The notes under the pieces are model-generated. The model searched no databases. It saw nothing but the letters and a program-made list of their open reading frames with translations, and was not told where the DNA came from. Of a stretch of 64,000 bases of DNA, positions 9,662 through 19,062 are shown piece after piece (position 1 is the first letter of the stretch; each line of letters begins with the position of its first letter). Position numbers and translations under genes: made by a program. The DNA comes from Bacteroidota bacterium. GTDB lineage: Bacteria > Bacteroidota > Bacteroidia > Palsa-965. The stretch lies in assembly GCA_046046005.1 (NCBI GenBank), contig JBJOKQ010000001.1:28-64027 (forward strand), written 5' to 3'.

Positions 9662-11025
9662 ATGCCGATGTGTGGGTGTTTAGGATCCAAATTAAATTCT
9701 TCGCTCACGGTTACTTCGTAATCCGGATGTTTGGTGAATTCTTTCAGCACCAATGTTGCTTCCTTGATTGCCTGTTCAAAATCATTGTCCTTGTACATGA
9801 TTTTGAAATAATAATCAGAGAAGTTGATTTTCTTTTTCTTTTCCACGTCAGAAGAAATGATGTTGAACCATTCTTCAATGCGTCTCTCACGAGCCAGATA
9901 CTGTCTGCGCAATTCCGCCTGACGCGCAAGATCATCTTCATCCCAACTCAAGTTCTGCAACTGAATCGGAGGCGGCTCAAGTAGTTGCAGGTAATCAATT
10001 CCCACAACGCGGGAACGATCGCTGTAAATTTCTTTCTGAGAAATATTCTTCGGAAGGAAAACTTCCATCTCGTGCACCTTGCGATCCTTCAGCTTTTTCG
10101 TTCTGTAGAATTTGCTGGTTGAGTTTTTCATCAGGTACAGCAGGAACGATTCAATCTTACGATCAAAATCGCGCTTCTCGAAATCGTTGTAAAGCTTATT
10201 GATCTTCGGTTTGATTCTGTCGATCGTGTGCGACACGTTGATCAAACGCATTTCAATGTCTTTGAAATACATGCGCACATCGCGCTTCATTTCGCGAAAC
10301 TCAAACTCCACACCAAGATCTGCGTCGTCAAGCAGTTGCTTGATATCATCTTTCGAAGAGAATGCACTTGAAAGTTTATCCGCTTGTTCTTTGATGCGAT
10401 CAAGCAGTGCTTCACAGCCAATCAGCATTTCGCGGAAGTTGTCGTACTCGTTCTTCACGAGATCATTCAACTGCTCAACAGTATCTTCGATCTGCGCCTG
10501 AAGCGCGCGAAGCTGTGCGGAAATATCTGCCTTGTGCTTGAAGAACTGCGTGTGATACCAGTGACGGAAATCTTCGAGGTTCTCGAGTTTCAATCCGAGC
10601 AGCATCACAAGATCGTTGAACGTCTTCTGAATCTGTGAAGGATTGATTGCAGTGTGAACTTCGCGCTCCAGCATGTCGCAGAAATTTTCTGCATACGTGC
10701 TCAGCTGATATGTTTTCTCTTCGATGTTCTTGTCGATGAAGTGACGCAGCAGGCGGTGAATGGTTTCATCGTACTTCTGGGTTTCTTCTCCGCGCGCTGA
10801 TGCCTGACCGAGTTCTGCGTAAACCTGTTTGATGGTTTCCACAATGATGCGCTCAGGAAAAGTGCGCTCAATGATTCCGGCACGAACCTTCTGGAAAATA
10901 GCCAGAACGATCAATCCGTCTTCCTGACGCGGCACGAGAAGATTGTATCTTTCGCGCAGAATTTTCGGGAAGTGAAGCGGACGTGTGGTGCGTAGCGCCG
11001 GCGGGATTAGGGATAATTGCTCCAT
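9628..11025 (-). CDS. MksF/JetA-like kleisin-type subunit (DUF3375-like)
   Basis: About 465 aa, largely helical with coiled-coil segments. It is the first gene of the operon. The ORF track starts at TTG 11034; the first ATG is at 11025 (MEQLS…). Its size and position match JetA/MksF. Confidence 0.5.
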   Translation of the reverse strand: MEQLSLIPPALRTTRPLHFPKILRERYNLLVPRQEDGLIVLAIFQKVRAGIIERTFPERIIVETIKQVYAELGQASARGEETQKYDETIHRLLRHFIDKNIEEKTYQLSTYAENFCDMLEREVHTAINPSQIQKTFNDLVMLLGLKLENLEDFRHWYHTQFFKHKADISAQLRALQAQIEDTVEQLNDLVKNEYDNFREMLIGCEALLDRIKEQADKLSSAFSSKDDIKQLLDDADLGVEFEFREMKRDVRMYFKDIEMRLINVSHTIDRIKPKINKLYNDFEKRDFDRKIESFLLYLMKNSTSKFYRTKKLKDRKVHEMEVFLPKNISQKEIYSDRSRVVGIDYLQLLEPPPIQLQNLSWDEDDLARQAELRRQYLARERRIEEWFNIISSDVEKKKKINFSDYYFKIMYKDNDFEQAIKEATLVLKEFTKHPDYEVTVSEEFNLDPKHPHIGIWKMQIKSTAS

Positions 11026-11169
11026 AGAGAACAAATATATCTTTCCGCCCCAATGAAAACAGGTGTTGTTAACAGATTGTTCAAACCTTGTTTTTGGCTC
11101 TGAAAACTCACTTGCAATGTTGAAATCTTTTGTGTTTTTTTACTTGATAAAAACAGGGATTTTTCCTAA

Positions 11170-12150
11170 ATGATTACAAGCGAAATCAGAGGGGCGGAAC
11201 TGGCACCGGTTCAGGATCTGGAACTGCTCGGAATGCAGTACCGCAGAAGCCGCAGAAAATACCTGTATCTGCTGCTGATTCCGGCTCTGTGGGCTGTTTC
11301 TGCAAGCCTGTTTCTTGTCCCCGATTTCGAATGGGCGCCGGAGCTGGTGAGCCTGCTTTGCATTGTTTCTCTTTTCGGTGTGAGCGCTTTTGTTTTCGTT
11401 GGAATTTCTTCTCCTGATGAAATCAAACACCGTTATTCACAACTCATCATTCCCGGCTTGTTTCGCGAGCTCGGAGCACAAGATGTGGAAGTGTTCTCGA
11501 GCCACACAGTATCAACAGCTGCCATTCTCGACTCAAAACTTTATACGGGCGAATACGACTCGATTCAGCGCCGCGACTGCATAATGGGCAGTGTTCGCGG
11601 AATGCAATTCGGCATGTATGAAATTGCGATACAAACCGGGAGCTCCATGGGCGGGCGCTACAGCAGAACGTCGGTAATGACGAATCAGTTTTTCGGGTGG
11701 CTCATCATGATTCCTTTGCGCAATTTCCTTGGAGAACACTTCATCATCATGCGTGAGCGAGTGAGTGAAACGGAAGCTGACGACTGGCAGAAAAAAACCA
11801 TCAAGCGTTGGTCCGAATTTCCGCAGTTCTTCTACAATGAGAGCGATAAAAGTGAGTTCAACGAAACATTTCTTGTTGCAACTTCTCACCCGCAGCAGAT
11901 GAACCAAATACTGACGAAAGAAGTCAAAGATTTTCTGATGTTCTTAGCGGAAAGCTCCGGAAATACATTCGGAATTTCCATTCGCGGAAATATGCTTTGC
12001 GTTTTAATCGGTGAAGATGACGGAAGTTTTCATTATGCACCTGACGGTCTTTTCACTGAGAAAATACCGGATGAAAGCGCGGAAAATGCACGTTGGTATA
12101 TGGCATTACTCGATGGAATCCGCAAGAATTTCGCAGGAAAATATAAATAG
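11170..12150 (+). CDS. Hypothetical membrane protein with two N-terminal TM helices and a cytoplasmic domain; possibly DUF3137-like
   Basis: 326 aa. Hydrophobic segments are YLYLLLIPALWAVSASLFLV and LLCIVSLFGVSAFVFVGI. No recognisable catalytic motif. Confidence 0.4.
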   Translation: MITSEIRGAELAPVQDLELLGMQYRRSRRKYLYLLLIPALWAVSASLFLVPDFEWAPELVSLLCIVSLFGVSAFVFVGISSPDEIKHRYSQLIIPGLFRELGAQDVEVFSSHTVSTAAILDSKLYTGEYDSIQRRDCIMGSVRGMQFGMYEIAIQTGSSMGGRYSRTSVMTNQFFGWLIMIPLRNFLGEHFIIMRERVSETEADDWQKKTIKRWSEFPQFFYNESDKSEFNETFLVATSHPQQMNQILTKEVKDFLMFLAESSGNTFGISIRGNMLCVLIGEDDGSFHYAPDGLFTEKIPDESAENARWYMALLDGIRKNFAGKYK

Positions 12151-12159
12151 TAATCGCGA

Positions 12160-12573
12160 TTACTTTCTGCCGTTTTGTGCCAACGACCATCGCACTGCTT
12201 CTTCCGGATCACCGAAAATCTGCGTAGGCTGACCGGGTTTGTGAAAGCGAATGAAAAAATTTCCCACTAATCGCATTGGAAGATCACTAACCAGAATTGC
12301 AAACGAAGAAATGTAGCCTGATGGTGCTCCTGATGCTGCAAACTTTCGCGCTTCATCTGTTATCACCGGGGATGTACGCAAGTCAATGATCACACGAAAA
12401 TATTCCTGATCATTCGCTGTGATTTTTGCCAATTCCAGTAAACGTGCAGCATCTTCGCCGGTAATTTCCACACCCGGTTCAAATGTTAACCATGATAATC
12501 CATGCTCGTCGGACCAGATTTCAGCTTTGTTATCAAGCCGTCTCAAATTGTTCCGAACAGGGGGGTCAATCAT
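12160..12573 (-). CDS. Small STAS/SpoIIAA-like fold protein (possible anti-anti-sigma-type partner-switch component)
   Basis: 137 aa with mixed alpha/beta character. Weak resemblance to SpoIIAA-like/STAS proteins; the call rests on family-level resemblance only. Confidence 0.3.
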   Translation of the reverse strand: MIDPPVRNNLRRLDNKAEIWSDEHGLSWLTFEPGVEITGEDAARLLELAKITANDQEYFRVIIDLRTSPVITDEARKFAASGAPSGYISSFAILVSDLPMRLVGNFFIRFHKPGQPTQIFGDPEEAVRWSLAQNGRK

Positions 12574-12692
12574 GCTGCGAATGTAGTGATATCAATCTGA
12601 TTTCCAAACGCTTCAACACATATCACGACTTGTTGTTGATAATGAATTTAGAGGTCCTAATGCTGTATTGCAGCGTCCGTTAAATTTACCGC

Positions 12693-13937
12693 ATGATCCT
12701 CAATTACATCTGGATTGGCTTTTTCGTAATCGGTTTTGTTGTGGCTCTGATTCGCACAGTTTACGGCTATGCAGTCGGCAGCGAAACAGACGCGCATGTA
12801 TTTGCCGATATCGGAATGGGGACATTTACATCAGCGAAAACCGCATTCACCGTTGCGCTTGGACTGACAGGCACACTCACACTGTGGATGGGACTAATGC
12901 GCGTAGGGGAAAAAGCGGGCGCAGTAAATTTTCTTGGACGTTTGATCGGCCCTTTCTTCGCGCATTTATTTCCGGGTGTTCCGAAAGGTCATGCCGCTCA
13001 CGGACAAATCATGCTGAACTTTTCTGCAAACATGCTTGGGCTCAGCAATGCCGCAACACCAATGGGCTTGAAGGCCATGCAAAGTCTGCAGGACATCAAC
13101 GAAGAAAAAGAAACGGCATCGAATTCCATGATCATGTTTCTTGCGTTGAATACAGCTGGGCTCACACTGATTCCGGTAACCATTCTTGCTTTGCGCGCAA
13201 CAAATGGTTCAGCAAATCCTACTGATGTTTTCGTTCCGATTCTGATTACTTCATTCTGTGCTACACTCATTGCCATTCTCACTGTTGCTTTGCGTCAACG
13301 CATTCTCACATCAAAGCTCATCATGTGGCTTGGAGGCGGAATTGCTTTGATGGCAGGAGTGATCGCGTTGTTCATGAATCTTTCTCCGCACGCCAGAACG
13401 GAAGTTTCAACTGTCGGAGGAAATTTCATTTTGTTCGGCGTGATCGTTGCCTTTCTCATTGCAGCGGCATTGAAGAAAATAAATGTATACAGTGAATTTA
13501 TCGAAGGCGCGAAAGAAGGATTCGGCACGATGGTAAAAATTGTTCCGTATCTGGTGGCAATGATTGTGGCAATCGGAGTCTTCAGAAACTGCGGTGCCAT
13601 GGATTACATGAGCAAGGGATTGGAATGGATCTGCAATTTGTTTCAGGCGGATACGCAATTCGTTCCTGCAATCCCGGTGGCGCTCATGAAACCATTGAGC
13701 GGTGGTGGTACAGAAGGATTAACAGTAGATATTCTGGTGAAATACGGTCCAGATTCCTTCGTTGGCCGACTTGCATCCATCATGTATGCTTCTGCCGATA
13801 CAACCTTCTACATCGTTGCACTTTATTTCGGATCTGTTGGCGTGCGCAATACACGATATGCGGTAACGGCTGGCCTGGTAGCCGATTTCGCAGGAATTCT
13901 CGCGGCGATTTTTGTGGCGTATCTTTTCTTCGGGTAA
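12693..13937 (+). CDS. Nucleoside-recognition (Gate) domain membrane protein, SpmA/SpmB-like
   Basis: 414 aa polytopic membrane protein with two Gate-like halves (…NMLGLSNAATPMGLKAM… and …SGGGTEGL…) typical of spore-maturation SpmA/B-type proteins. Confidence 0.6.
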   Translation: MILNYIWIGFFVIGFVVALIRTVYGYAVGSETDAHVFADIGMGTFTSAKTAFTVALGLTGTLTLWMGLMRVGEKAGAVNFLGRLIGPFFAHLFPGVPKGHAAHGQIMLNFSANMLGLSNAATPMGLKAMQSLQDINEEKETASNSMIMFLALNTAGLTLIPVTILALRATNGSANPTDVFVPILITSFCATLIAILTVALRQRILTSKLIMWLGGGIALMAGVIALFMNLSPHARTEVSTVGGNFILFGVIVAFLIAAALKKINVYSEFIEGAKEGFGTMVKIVPYLVAMIVAIGVFRNCGAMDYMSKGLEWICNLFQADTQFVPAIPVALMKPLSGGGTEGLTVDILVKYGPDSFVGRLASIMYASADTTFYIVALYFGSVGVRNTRYAVTAGLVADFAGILAAIFVAYLFFG

Positions 13938-13960
13938 CCACCATACATAGTATCTTTACA

Positions 13961-14968
13961 CCCGTGAAAATCTCCGCGTCCATCTACTCTACTTCTGCTG
14001 AACTTGAAAAGGTTGTTAAAGACCTGGATGCACACCGCATCGATTTGTTCCACGTGGACTGCAATGATGACGTGAACGTTTTCAATGACATTGAGAAAAT
14101 CCGCAGCATCAGTAAAACTCCTGTTGATCTGCACATCATCTCCAATGATCCCGAAAAGTATTTTCCGCTGCTGGAAAAAACACCAGTTGATTATGTCACG
14201 TTTCAGTACGAAAATCTTCCGGGTAAACTGAATGTTCCTGCATCGATAAAAGGGAAACTCGGTTTGGCAATTACAGCTGTTTCGGATATTGATGCATTTG
14301 ATGCTTATGCCGATCGTTTCGATTTCATTCTGATGATGGCAACCATTCCCGGAAAAAGCGGAGGAGAATTCAATAAAGAAATCTTCAGAAAGATTCGTGC
14401 CTTCAGAAGAAAGTATCCTGAAAAGCGTGTACATGTTGACGGCGGAGTGAATGGAGAAGTTTCTTTCATTCTTCGTAACATGGGTGTGTATGCTTCTGTA
14501 TCGGGTTCTTATCTTTTCAAAGCAGATACACTCGGACTGGCGCTTCTCAATCTGAAAACGCATGAAAATGAATCGCATTTTCTGGTAAAAGACTTCATGC
14601 TCACCAAAGGAGAAATTCCGGTACTGCATCCGGGCGAAAGAAGTTTTACCAACGTTTTGAAAAACATCGAAGAGTTTCAGATGGGTTTCACGATTCTTGC
14701 TGACAACGACGGAAAGCTCGAAGGAATCATCAGTAATGCGGATGTGCGCAAAGGGTTGATGAAGAATATTTCGAATCTGAATGCAATATCAGAATCGGAT
14801 ATTACCAATAAAAACCCGGTGACGGTGAATGAAAACGCCAGCGTTGTGGATCTGATCCGACTGATCAAATCAAAAAAATTCCCGATTACCTATTTGCCTG
14901 TTGTGAACGACGAAAACCAAGTAACGGGAGCCTTAACATTTTTCAATCTTATCAAAGGAGAAGCGTAA
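13961..14968 (+). CDS. Ribulose-phosphate 3-epimerase-like TIM-barrel domain fused to a C-terminal CBS-domain pair
   Basis: GTG start at 13961. The track ORF from 13625 overlaps the previous gene and is rejected. RPE-like motifs are FHVDCNDD, ILMMATIPGKSGGEF and HVDGGVN. The C-terminal ~120 aa have a CBS-pair pattern (…GFTILADNDGKLEGIISNADV… and …FPITYLPVVNDENQVTGALTFFNL). Confidence 0.55.
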   Translation, partial: PVKISASIYSTSAELEKVVKDLDAHRIDLFHVDCNDDVNVFNDIEKIRSISKTPVDLHIISNDPEKYFPLLEKTPVDYVTFQYENLPGKLNVPASIKGKLGLAITAVSDIDAFDAYADRFDFILMMATIPGKSGGEFNKEIFRKIRAFRRKYPEKRVHVDGGVNGEVSFILRNMGVYASVSGSYLFKADTLGLALLNLKTHENESHFLVKDFMLTKGEIPVLHPGERSFTNVLKNIEEFQMGFTILADNDGKLEGIISNADVRKGLMKNISNLNAISESDITNKNPVTVNENASVVDLIRLIKSKKFPITYLPVVNDENQVTGALTFFNLIKGEA

Positions 14969-15029
14969 GTCTGTCATCCTTCGGCTACGCTCAGTCTGAC
15001 AACCGCCCAGTAAAACAGAATATTAAATT

Positions 15030-16028
15030 ATGATCATAGAATTAAAATCCTCCGTTAACGAAACACGTGCAAACGAAATTGCTGCTGACGTTAAAGCCTT
15101 CTGCATTCACTACGAAGGAAAATACACCCTCATCACTTCATCTTCTGTTAAAGAACTTGATGCAAAATATCACAGTGAGGCCGATCGCGTTACCGTGCTG
15201 AATGACGATATGCAGCTTTCTTCACGTGCCTGGAAACAGGAAACACGTTTGATTGATATCAATGGTGTGAAAATCGGAGGTAACACCAATCACACGGCAC
15301 TCATCGGAGGACCTTGCTCAGTTGAATCGGAAGAACAGATTGAACAGAGCGCACAGTTGATGAAAGAACTCGGCATCAATATTCTTCGCGCGGGAGCTTT
15401 CAAACCACGCACTTCTCCTTACACATTCCAGGGAATGGGCGTTGACGGTTTGAAGTTGCTTGCAAAAATGCGCGAGAAGTACGGATTGCAGATTATTTCC
15501 GAAGTGCGCGACGCAACCAACGTAGAAGATCTGATCGAGTACGCCGACATCATTCAGATCGGTGCGAAATCCATGTACGATCACGGTATTCTGAAGCGTT
15601 GCGGAAAAACCACAAAACCTATTCTGCTTAAACGCGGATTCGGCACCACACTTCAGGAGTTTTTGCAGTGCGCGGAATTCATTCTCGCCGGCGGAAATCC
15701 GAATGTAATTCTCTGCGAACGCGGTATCCGTACTTTCGAAACTAAAACACGTTTCACACTTGATCTTTGCGGTGCTGCATGGATGAAACAATACAGCAAT
15801 CTTCCTGTTATTCTCGATCCGAGTCATGCTATCGGTTACGCATATGGCGTTCCTGATCTCGCTCGCGCTTGTACAGCAATGGGTGTTGACGGATTGTTGA
15901 TTGAAGTGCATCCGAATCCGAAAGTGGCGAAGTCAGACGCTTCACAGCAATTGAATCACGATGAATTCCGTGCATTGACCAAAACACTCAAAGGTGTTGC
16001 GGAAGCAATCGGAAGAAAGATTATTTAA
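15030..16028 (+). CDS. 3-deoxy-7-phosphoheptulonate (DAHP) synthase, class I-beta, with an N-terminal ACT/ferredoxin-like regulatory domain
   Basis: Motifs GGPCSVES, GAFKPRTSPYTFQGMG and DPSHAIG match type I-beta DAHP synthase rather than KDO8P synthase. An extra N-terminal domain of about 85 aa is present. Confidence 0.75.
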   Translation: MIIELKSSVNETRANEIAADVKAFCIHYEGKYTLITSSSVKELDAKYHSEADRVTVLNDDMQLSSRAWKQETRLIDINGVKIGGNTNHTALIGGPCSVESEEQIEQSAQLMKELGINILRAGAFKPRTSPYTFQGMGVDGLKLLAKMREKYGLQIISEVRDATNVEDLIEYADIIQIGAKSMYDHGILKRCGKTTKPILLKRGFGTTLQEFLQCAEFILAGGNPNVILCERGIRTFETKTRFTLDLCGAAWMKQYSNLPVILDPSHAIGYAYGVPDLARACTAMGVDGLLIEVHPNPKVAKSDASQQLNHDEFRALTKTLKGVAEAIGRKII

Positions 16029-16030
16029 TC

Positions 16031-16687
16031 ATGAGCCAATACGCCGCTAATCTCGCCTACTTAATCCGAAAGCACGAACTGGAAAAAAACAGTTTGAGCT
16101 CAGAGCTCAGTGTTGCCAATCTCGCGCATCCGCTACCGGATGAAATTGCGCTGATTGCAAATCGCTTCTCACTCACAACGGATCTGCTGCTGAAAACAGA
16201 TCTCGAAACGCGGGAGAATGCGCGCAGCAAAGACATCCGCATGGTGATTTTCGATATCGACGGCGTGATGACGGATGGCGGAATGTATTACACGGAATCC
16301 GGTGATGAATTCAAAAAATTCAACGCCAAAGACGGAATGGTGATTCGTCGTTTACGTCAACGCCGTATTCATACAGGAATTATTTCTCACGGGTTTAACA
16401 CCAAACTCATTCAGAGTCGTGCAGATCGTTTGCATATTTCACACGTTGAAGTTTCTCAGGTTCCGAAGAAAGAAACGCTGGCTCGCTGGTGTAAAGAACT
16501 GAACATCTCTTTCGAACAGGTTTGTTTCATTGGTGATGATCTGAACGACGAAGATATCATCCGCGTTGCCGGATTCTCTGCTTGTCCTGCTGATGCCGTT
16601 GATGCTGTTAAAGAAATGGTACACGTGGTGCTGCAGCGTAAAGGCGGAGATGCCTGTATTCGCGAATTAGTGGATTTGTATTTGTAG
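16031..16687 (+). CDS. kdsC: KdsC-family HAD phosphatase (3-deoxy-D-manno-octulosonate-8-phosphate phosphatase-like) with a ~70-aa N-terminal extension
   Basis: The HAD-IIIA motifs VIFDIDGVMTDG and FIGDDLNDEDII align closely with KdsC/YrbI. The start is 3 nt after the DAHP synthase stop. Confidence 0.65.
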   Translation: MSQYAANLAYLIRKHELEKNSLSSELSVANLAHPLPDEIALIANRFSLTTDLLLKTDLETRENARSKDIRMVIFDIDGVMTDGGMYYTESGDEFKKFNAKDGMVIRRLRQRRIHTGIISHGFNTKLIQSRADRLHISHVEVSQVPKKETLARWCKELNISFEQVCFIGDDLNDEDIIRVAGFSACPADAVDAVKEMVHVVLQRKGGDACIRELVDLYL

Positions 16688-16816
16688 TTGAATTTCTCTT
16701 CTCGGAACAAAGTCATTGCAATGAGTTTCCCGCGAATCCAAGCCTGAGCTTTTCCTGATAATTTCAAAAGGGCAGTCGTGGCTGTATCGAGCTTTTCATT
16801 TTCTTATCTTCACATC

Positions 16817-18319
16817 ATGAAAAAGATATTCGCTTTCATTGCATTATTCATTGCCGTTTCACTCAGCGCTCAGCAACCGGCATTCATCACTGATTCTCTT
16901 TCAACGTACATGAAACGCGAAATGGCGGCATGGAATATTCCCGGAGCCGCAGTAGCTGTTGTGAAAGACGGAAAGGTTGTTGTTTCACAAGGATACGGCG
17001 TGAAAGAACAGGGAAAAACGGATGCAGTAAACGACGAAACTCTTTTTCAGATTGCATCGTGTTCAAAAGCATTCACAACAACGGCACTTGCCGTTTTGCA
17101 CGTTGAGAAAAAAATCTCACTCGACGATTCCGTTGTGAAATTTATTCCGGGTTTTCGCTTGTATGATAATTATACCACAAACGCCTGCACAGTGCGTGAT
17201 CTCGTTTGTCACAGAATAGGTCTGCAAACCTTTCAAGGCGATTTTGCGAATTGGGGCTCCAATTTCACGCGTGCAGAAATCGTTGGTCAATTGGCGAAAC
17301 AAAAACCTGTTTACGGATTCCGCGCAGCTTACGGGTATTGCAATGCGGCATATCTGACAGCAGGAGAAATCATTCCGGTTGTCACAGGAAAAACGTGGGA
17401 TCAGTATGTACACGATCAGTTTTTTGTGCCATTGAAAATGAATCGCACCTCAACAACGTATGAAGCGTTGATGGCCGATAACAACAAGGCAACTGGTCAC
17501 TCCTACTTTCTCGGAAAGAGCGTTACGATTCCGTATGATAACATCAACAATCTCGGTCCTGCAGGATCAATTAATTCCTGCGTGAAAGATCTTGCCAATT
17601 GGGTAATGTGTCAGCTCGACAGCGGACGCTTTGATGGCAAACAGGTAATTCCGTTTGCTGCGTTGCAAGAGACACGCAAACCGCATATGCCGCTTCCTGC
17701 GCGCACGAAAGGCTCTCACCTGGCAAGTTATTGCCTCGGCTGGCAAACGATGGATTACAATGGCGTACAGCCTTTCTGGCACAACGGCGGAACGAGCGGA
17801 TTCGTTACCACGGTTTGTTTTGTTCCGGAACTGAATCTGGGCATTGTGGTCCTTACGAACACCGATCAGAACAATCTGTACAATGCGTTGCGCATGCAGA
17901 TCATCGATGCGTACCTGAAAATGCCTTATAAAAATTACAGTCAGTTGAGCCTTGTGCCGTTCCTGAAAGGTCGCGCTGCTGAAGACAAAGAAATTGCGGA
18001 ATGGCAGAAAGCCGTTGCAGCAAAACCGAAATTGCCTTTGCCTGCTTCTGCATTTGCAGGAACGTATGTAAATCCGGTTTACGGCAAAATGGTTGTGGGT
18101 GTGCAGAAAGAAAAAATCACTTGTTTATTTGAGCACCATCCGAAGATTTACGGGTCATTGGAATATATGGGCGATTCGACTTTCCTCTGTACTTACAGCA
18201 CGCCGCTTTGGGGAATTAAGAAGGCTCCGTTTAAAATCAAAGACGGGAAAGTAACCGCGATTACTATTTCCGTGGCGGACTTTGTGGATTATATGCCGTA
18301 CGAGTTCATCAGGCAGTAA
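16817..18319 (+). CDS. Serine hydrolase of the beta-lactamase/penicillin-binding protein family (class C-like), secreted
   Basis: Signal peptide MKKIFAFIALFIAVSLSAQ. Active-site S-x-x-K motif FQIASCSKAFT. About 500 aa with a C-terminal extension. The ATG at 16817 is preferred over the upstream GTG. Confidence 0.7.
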   Translation: MKKIFAFIALFIAVSLSAQQPAFITDSLSTYMKREMAAWNIPGAAVAVVKDGKVVVSQGYGVKEQGKTDAVNDETLFQIASCSKAFTTTALAVLHVEKKISLDDSVVKFIPGFRLYDNYTTNACTVRDLVCHRIGLQTFQGDFANWGSNFTRAEIVGQLAKQKPVYGFRAAYGYCNAAYLTAGEIIPVVTGKTWDQYVHDQFFVPLKMNRTSTTYEALMADNNKATGHSYFLGKSVTIPYDNINNLGPAGSINSCVKDLANWVMCQLDSGRFDGKQVIPFAALQETRKPHMPLPARTKGSHLASYCLGWQTMDYNGVQPFWHNGGTSGFVTTVCFVPELNLGIVVLTNTDQNNLYNALRMQIIDAYLKMPYKNYSQLSLVPFLKGRAAEDKEIAEWQKAVAAKPKLPLPASAFAGTYVNPVYGKMVVGVQKEKITCLFEHHPKIYGSLEYMGDSTFLCTYSTPLWGIKKAPFKIKDGKVTAITISVADFVDYMPYEFIRQ

Positions 18320-19037
18320 GAACAACCGACAACACCTCGTGGCTCTGCATTTTCTGCATTGCAGGAATATGCGCTTCGTAGTAGCGCAGTAGCGTGTTCA
18401 AAATGATTTTCCGTTTTTCGCCATTAAGATTCAGCGCACCTAAATCTTCGAATGTTGCACGTGAAACGAGTTCGAACAATCTGGATTCCGGTTCGTCGAG
18501 ATAGTTGAAATGTCCGGGAACGCCGTCGATATAGATTCCGTTCACCAAATCGAAAACACTTTTCTCGCCCGCTTCATTATCCAGTGGATAAAACCCGAGA
18601 TACTTCGTAAGATTCATCATGAAAAGCAGATGAAAGTCCGCAGTGCCGTCCACGGTGAGATCAAGAAGCTGCACTGATTTTGAAATATAGTCGTACAGTT
18701 GCTCGTTGCGCTCTTCTTCGCGCACGGTTCTATGCAAAAGCTCTGCTGTAAATAACGCAAGACTTGTTTTTACAATATCGCTGTGAAGGTGCTGGTAAGG
18801 AACGCCCAGCGCGAGATCTTTAATGCTGTGCAGTGAGCTTTTCTCTTTCACCTCGATACGCAATTCCAGTTGCGTTAAGGGCTGAAGTAAGGGCGATTTT
18901 ATTTTTCCGCTTTTGCTGCGCGAAACTGTAACGATGAAAGATTGTAAACCGAAATCCCGGGTGTAAATTTTCGCAATCACTCTGTTATCCGAATACGGAA
19001 CAGTATGTATTACGATACCTTGGGTGTGATGAAGCAT
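18309..19037 (-). CDS. recO: DNA repair protein RecO
   Basis: 242 aa. The N-terminal OB-fold region (…GIVIHTVPYSDNRVIAKIYTRDFGLQSF…) and overall size and architecture are typical of RecO. Confidence 0.75.
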   Translation of the reverse strand: MLHHTQGIVIHTVPYSDNRVIAKIYTRDFGLQSFIVTVSRSKSGKIKSPLLQPLTQLELRIEVKEKSSLHSIKDLALGVPYQHLHSDIVKTSLALFTAELLHRTVREEERNEQLYDYISKSVQLLDLTVDGTADFHLLFMMNLTKYLGFYPLDNEAGEKSVFDLVNGIYIDGVPGHFNYLDEPESRLFELVSRATFEDLGALNLNGEKRKIILNTLLRYYEAHIPAMQKMQSHEVLSVVLTA

Positions 19038-19062
19038 TTACTTTAAGAACGAACGAGTGCCG

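Noticed and set aside
12668-13225. 185-aa Cys/Arg/His-rich ORF overlapping the Gate-domain membrane protein in another frame
   Set aside because: The overlapping membrane protein ORF is long and has coherent TM periodicity. The alternative frame has extreme composition and no independent signals.
13625-13960. Long N-terminal extension of the RPE-like/CBS ORF (track ORF 13625-14968) overlapping the preceding Gate-domain gene by 313 bp
   Set aside because: The extension is Cys/Arg-rich, out of character with the rest of the protein, and overlaps a well-supported gene in another frame. A GTG start at 13961 just after the upstream stop fits better.
15030-16028. Alternative call as KDO-8-phosphate synthase (KdsA) because of adjacency to kdsC
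   Set aside because: The motifs KPRTSPYTFQG and DPSHAIG, plus an N-terminal regulatory domain, are characteristic of class I-beta DAHP synthase. KDO8PS has KSSFDKANRSS and DATHS at these positions and no N-terminal domain.
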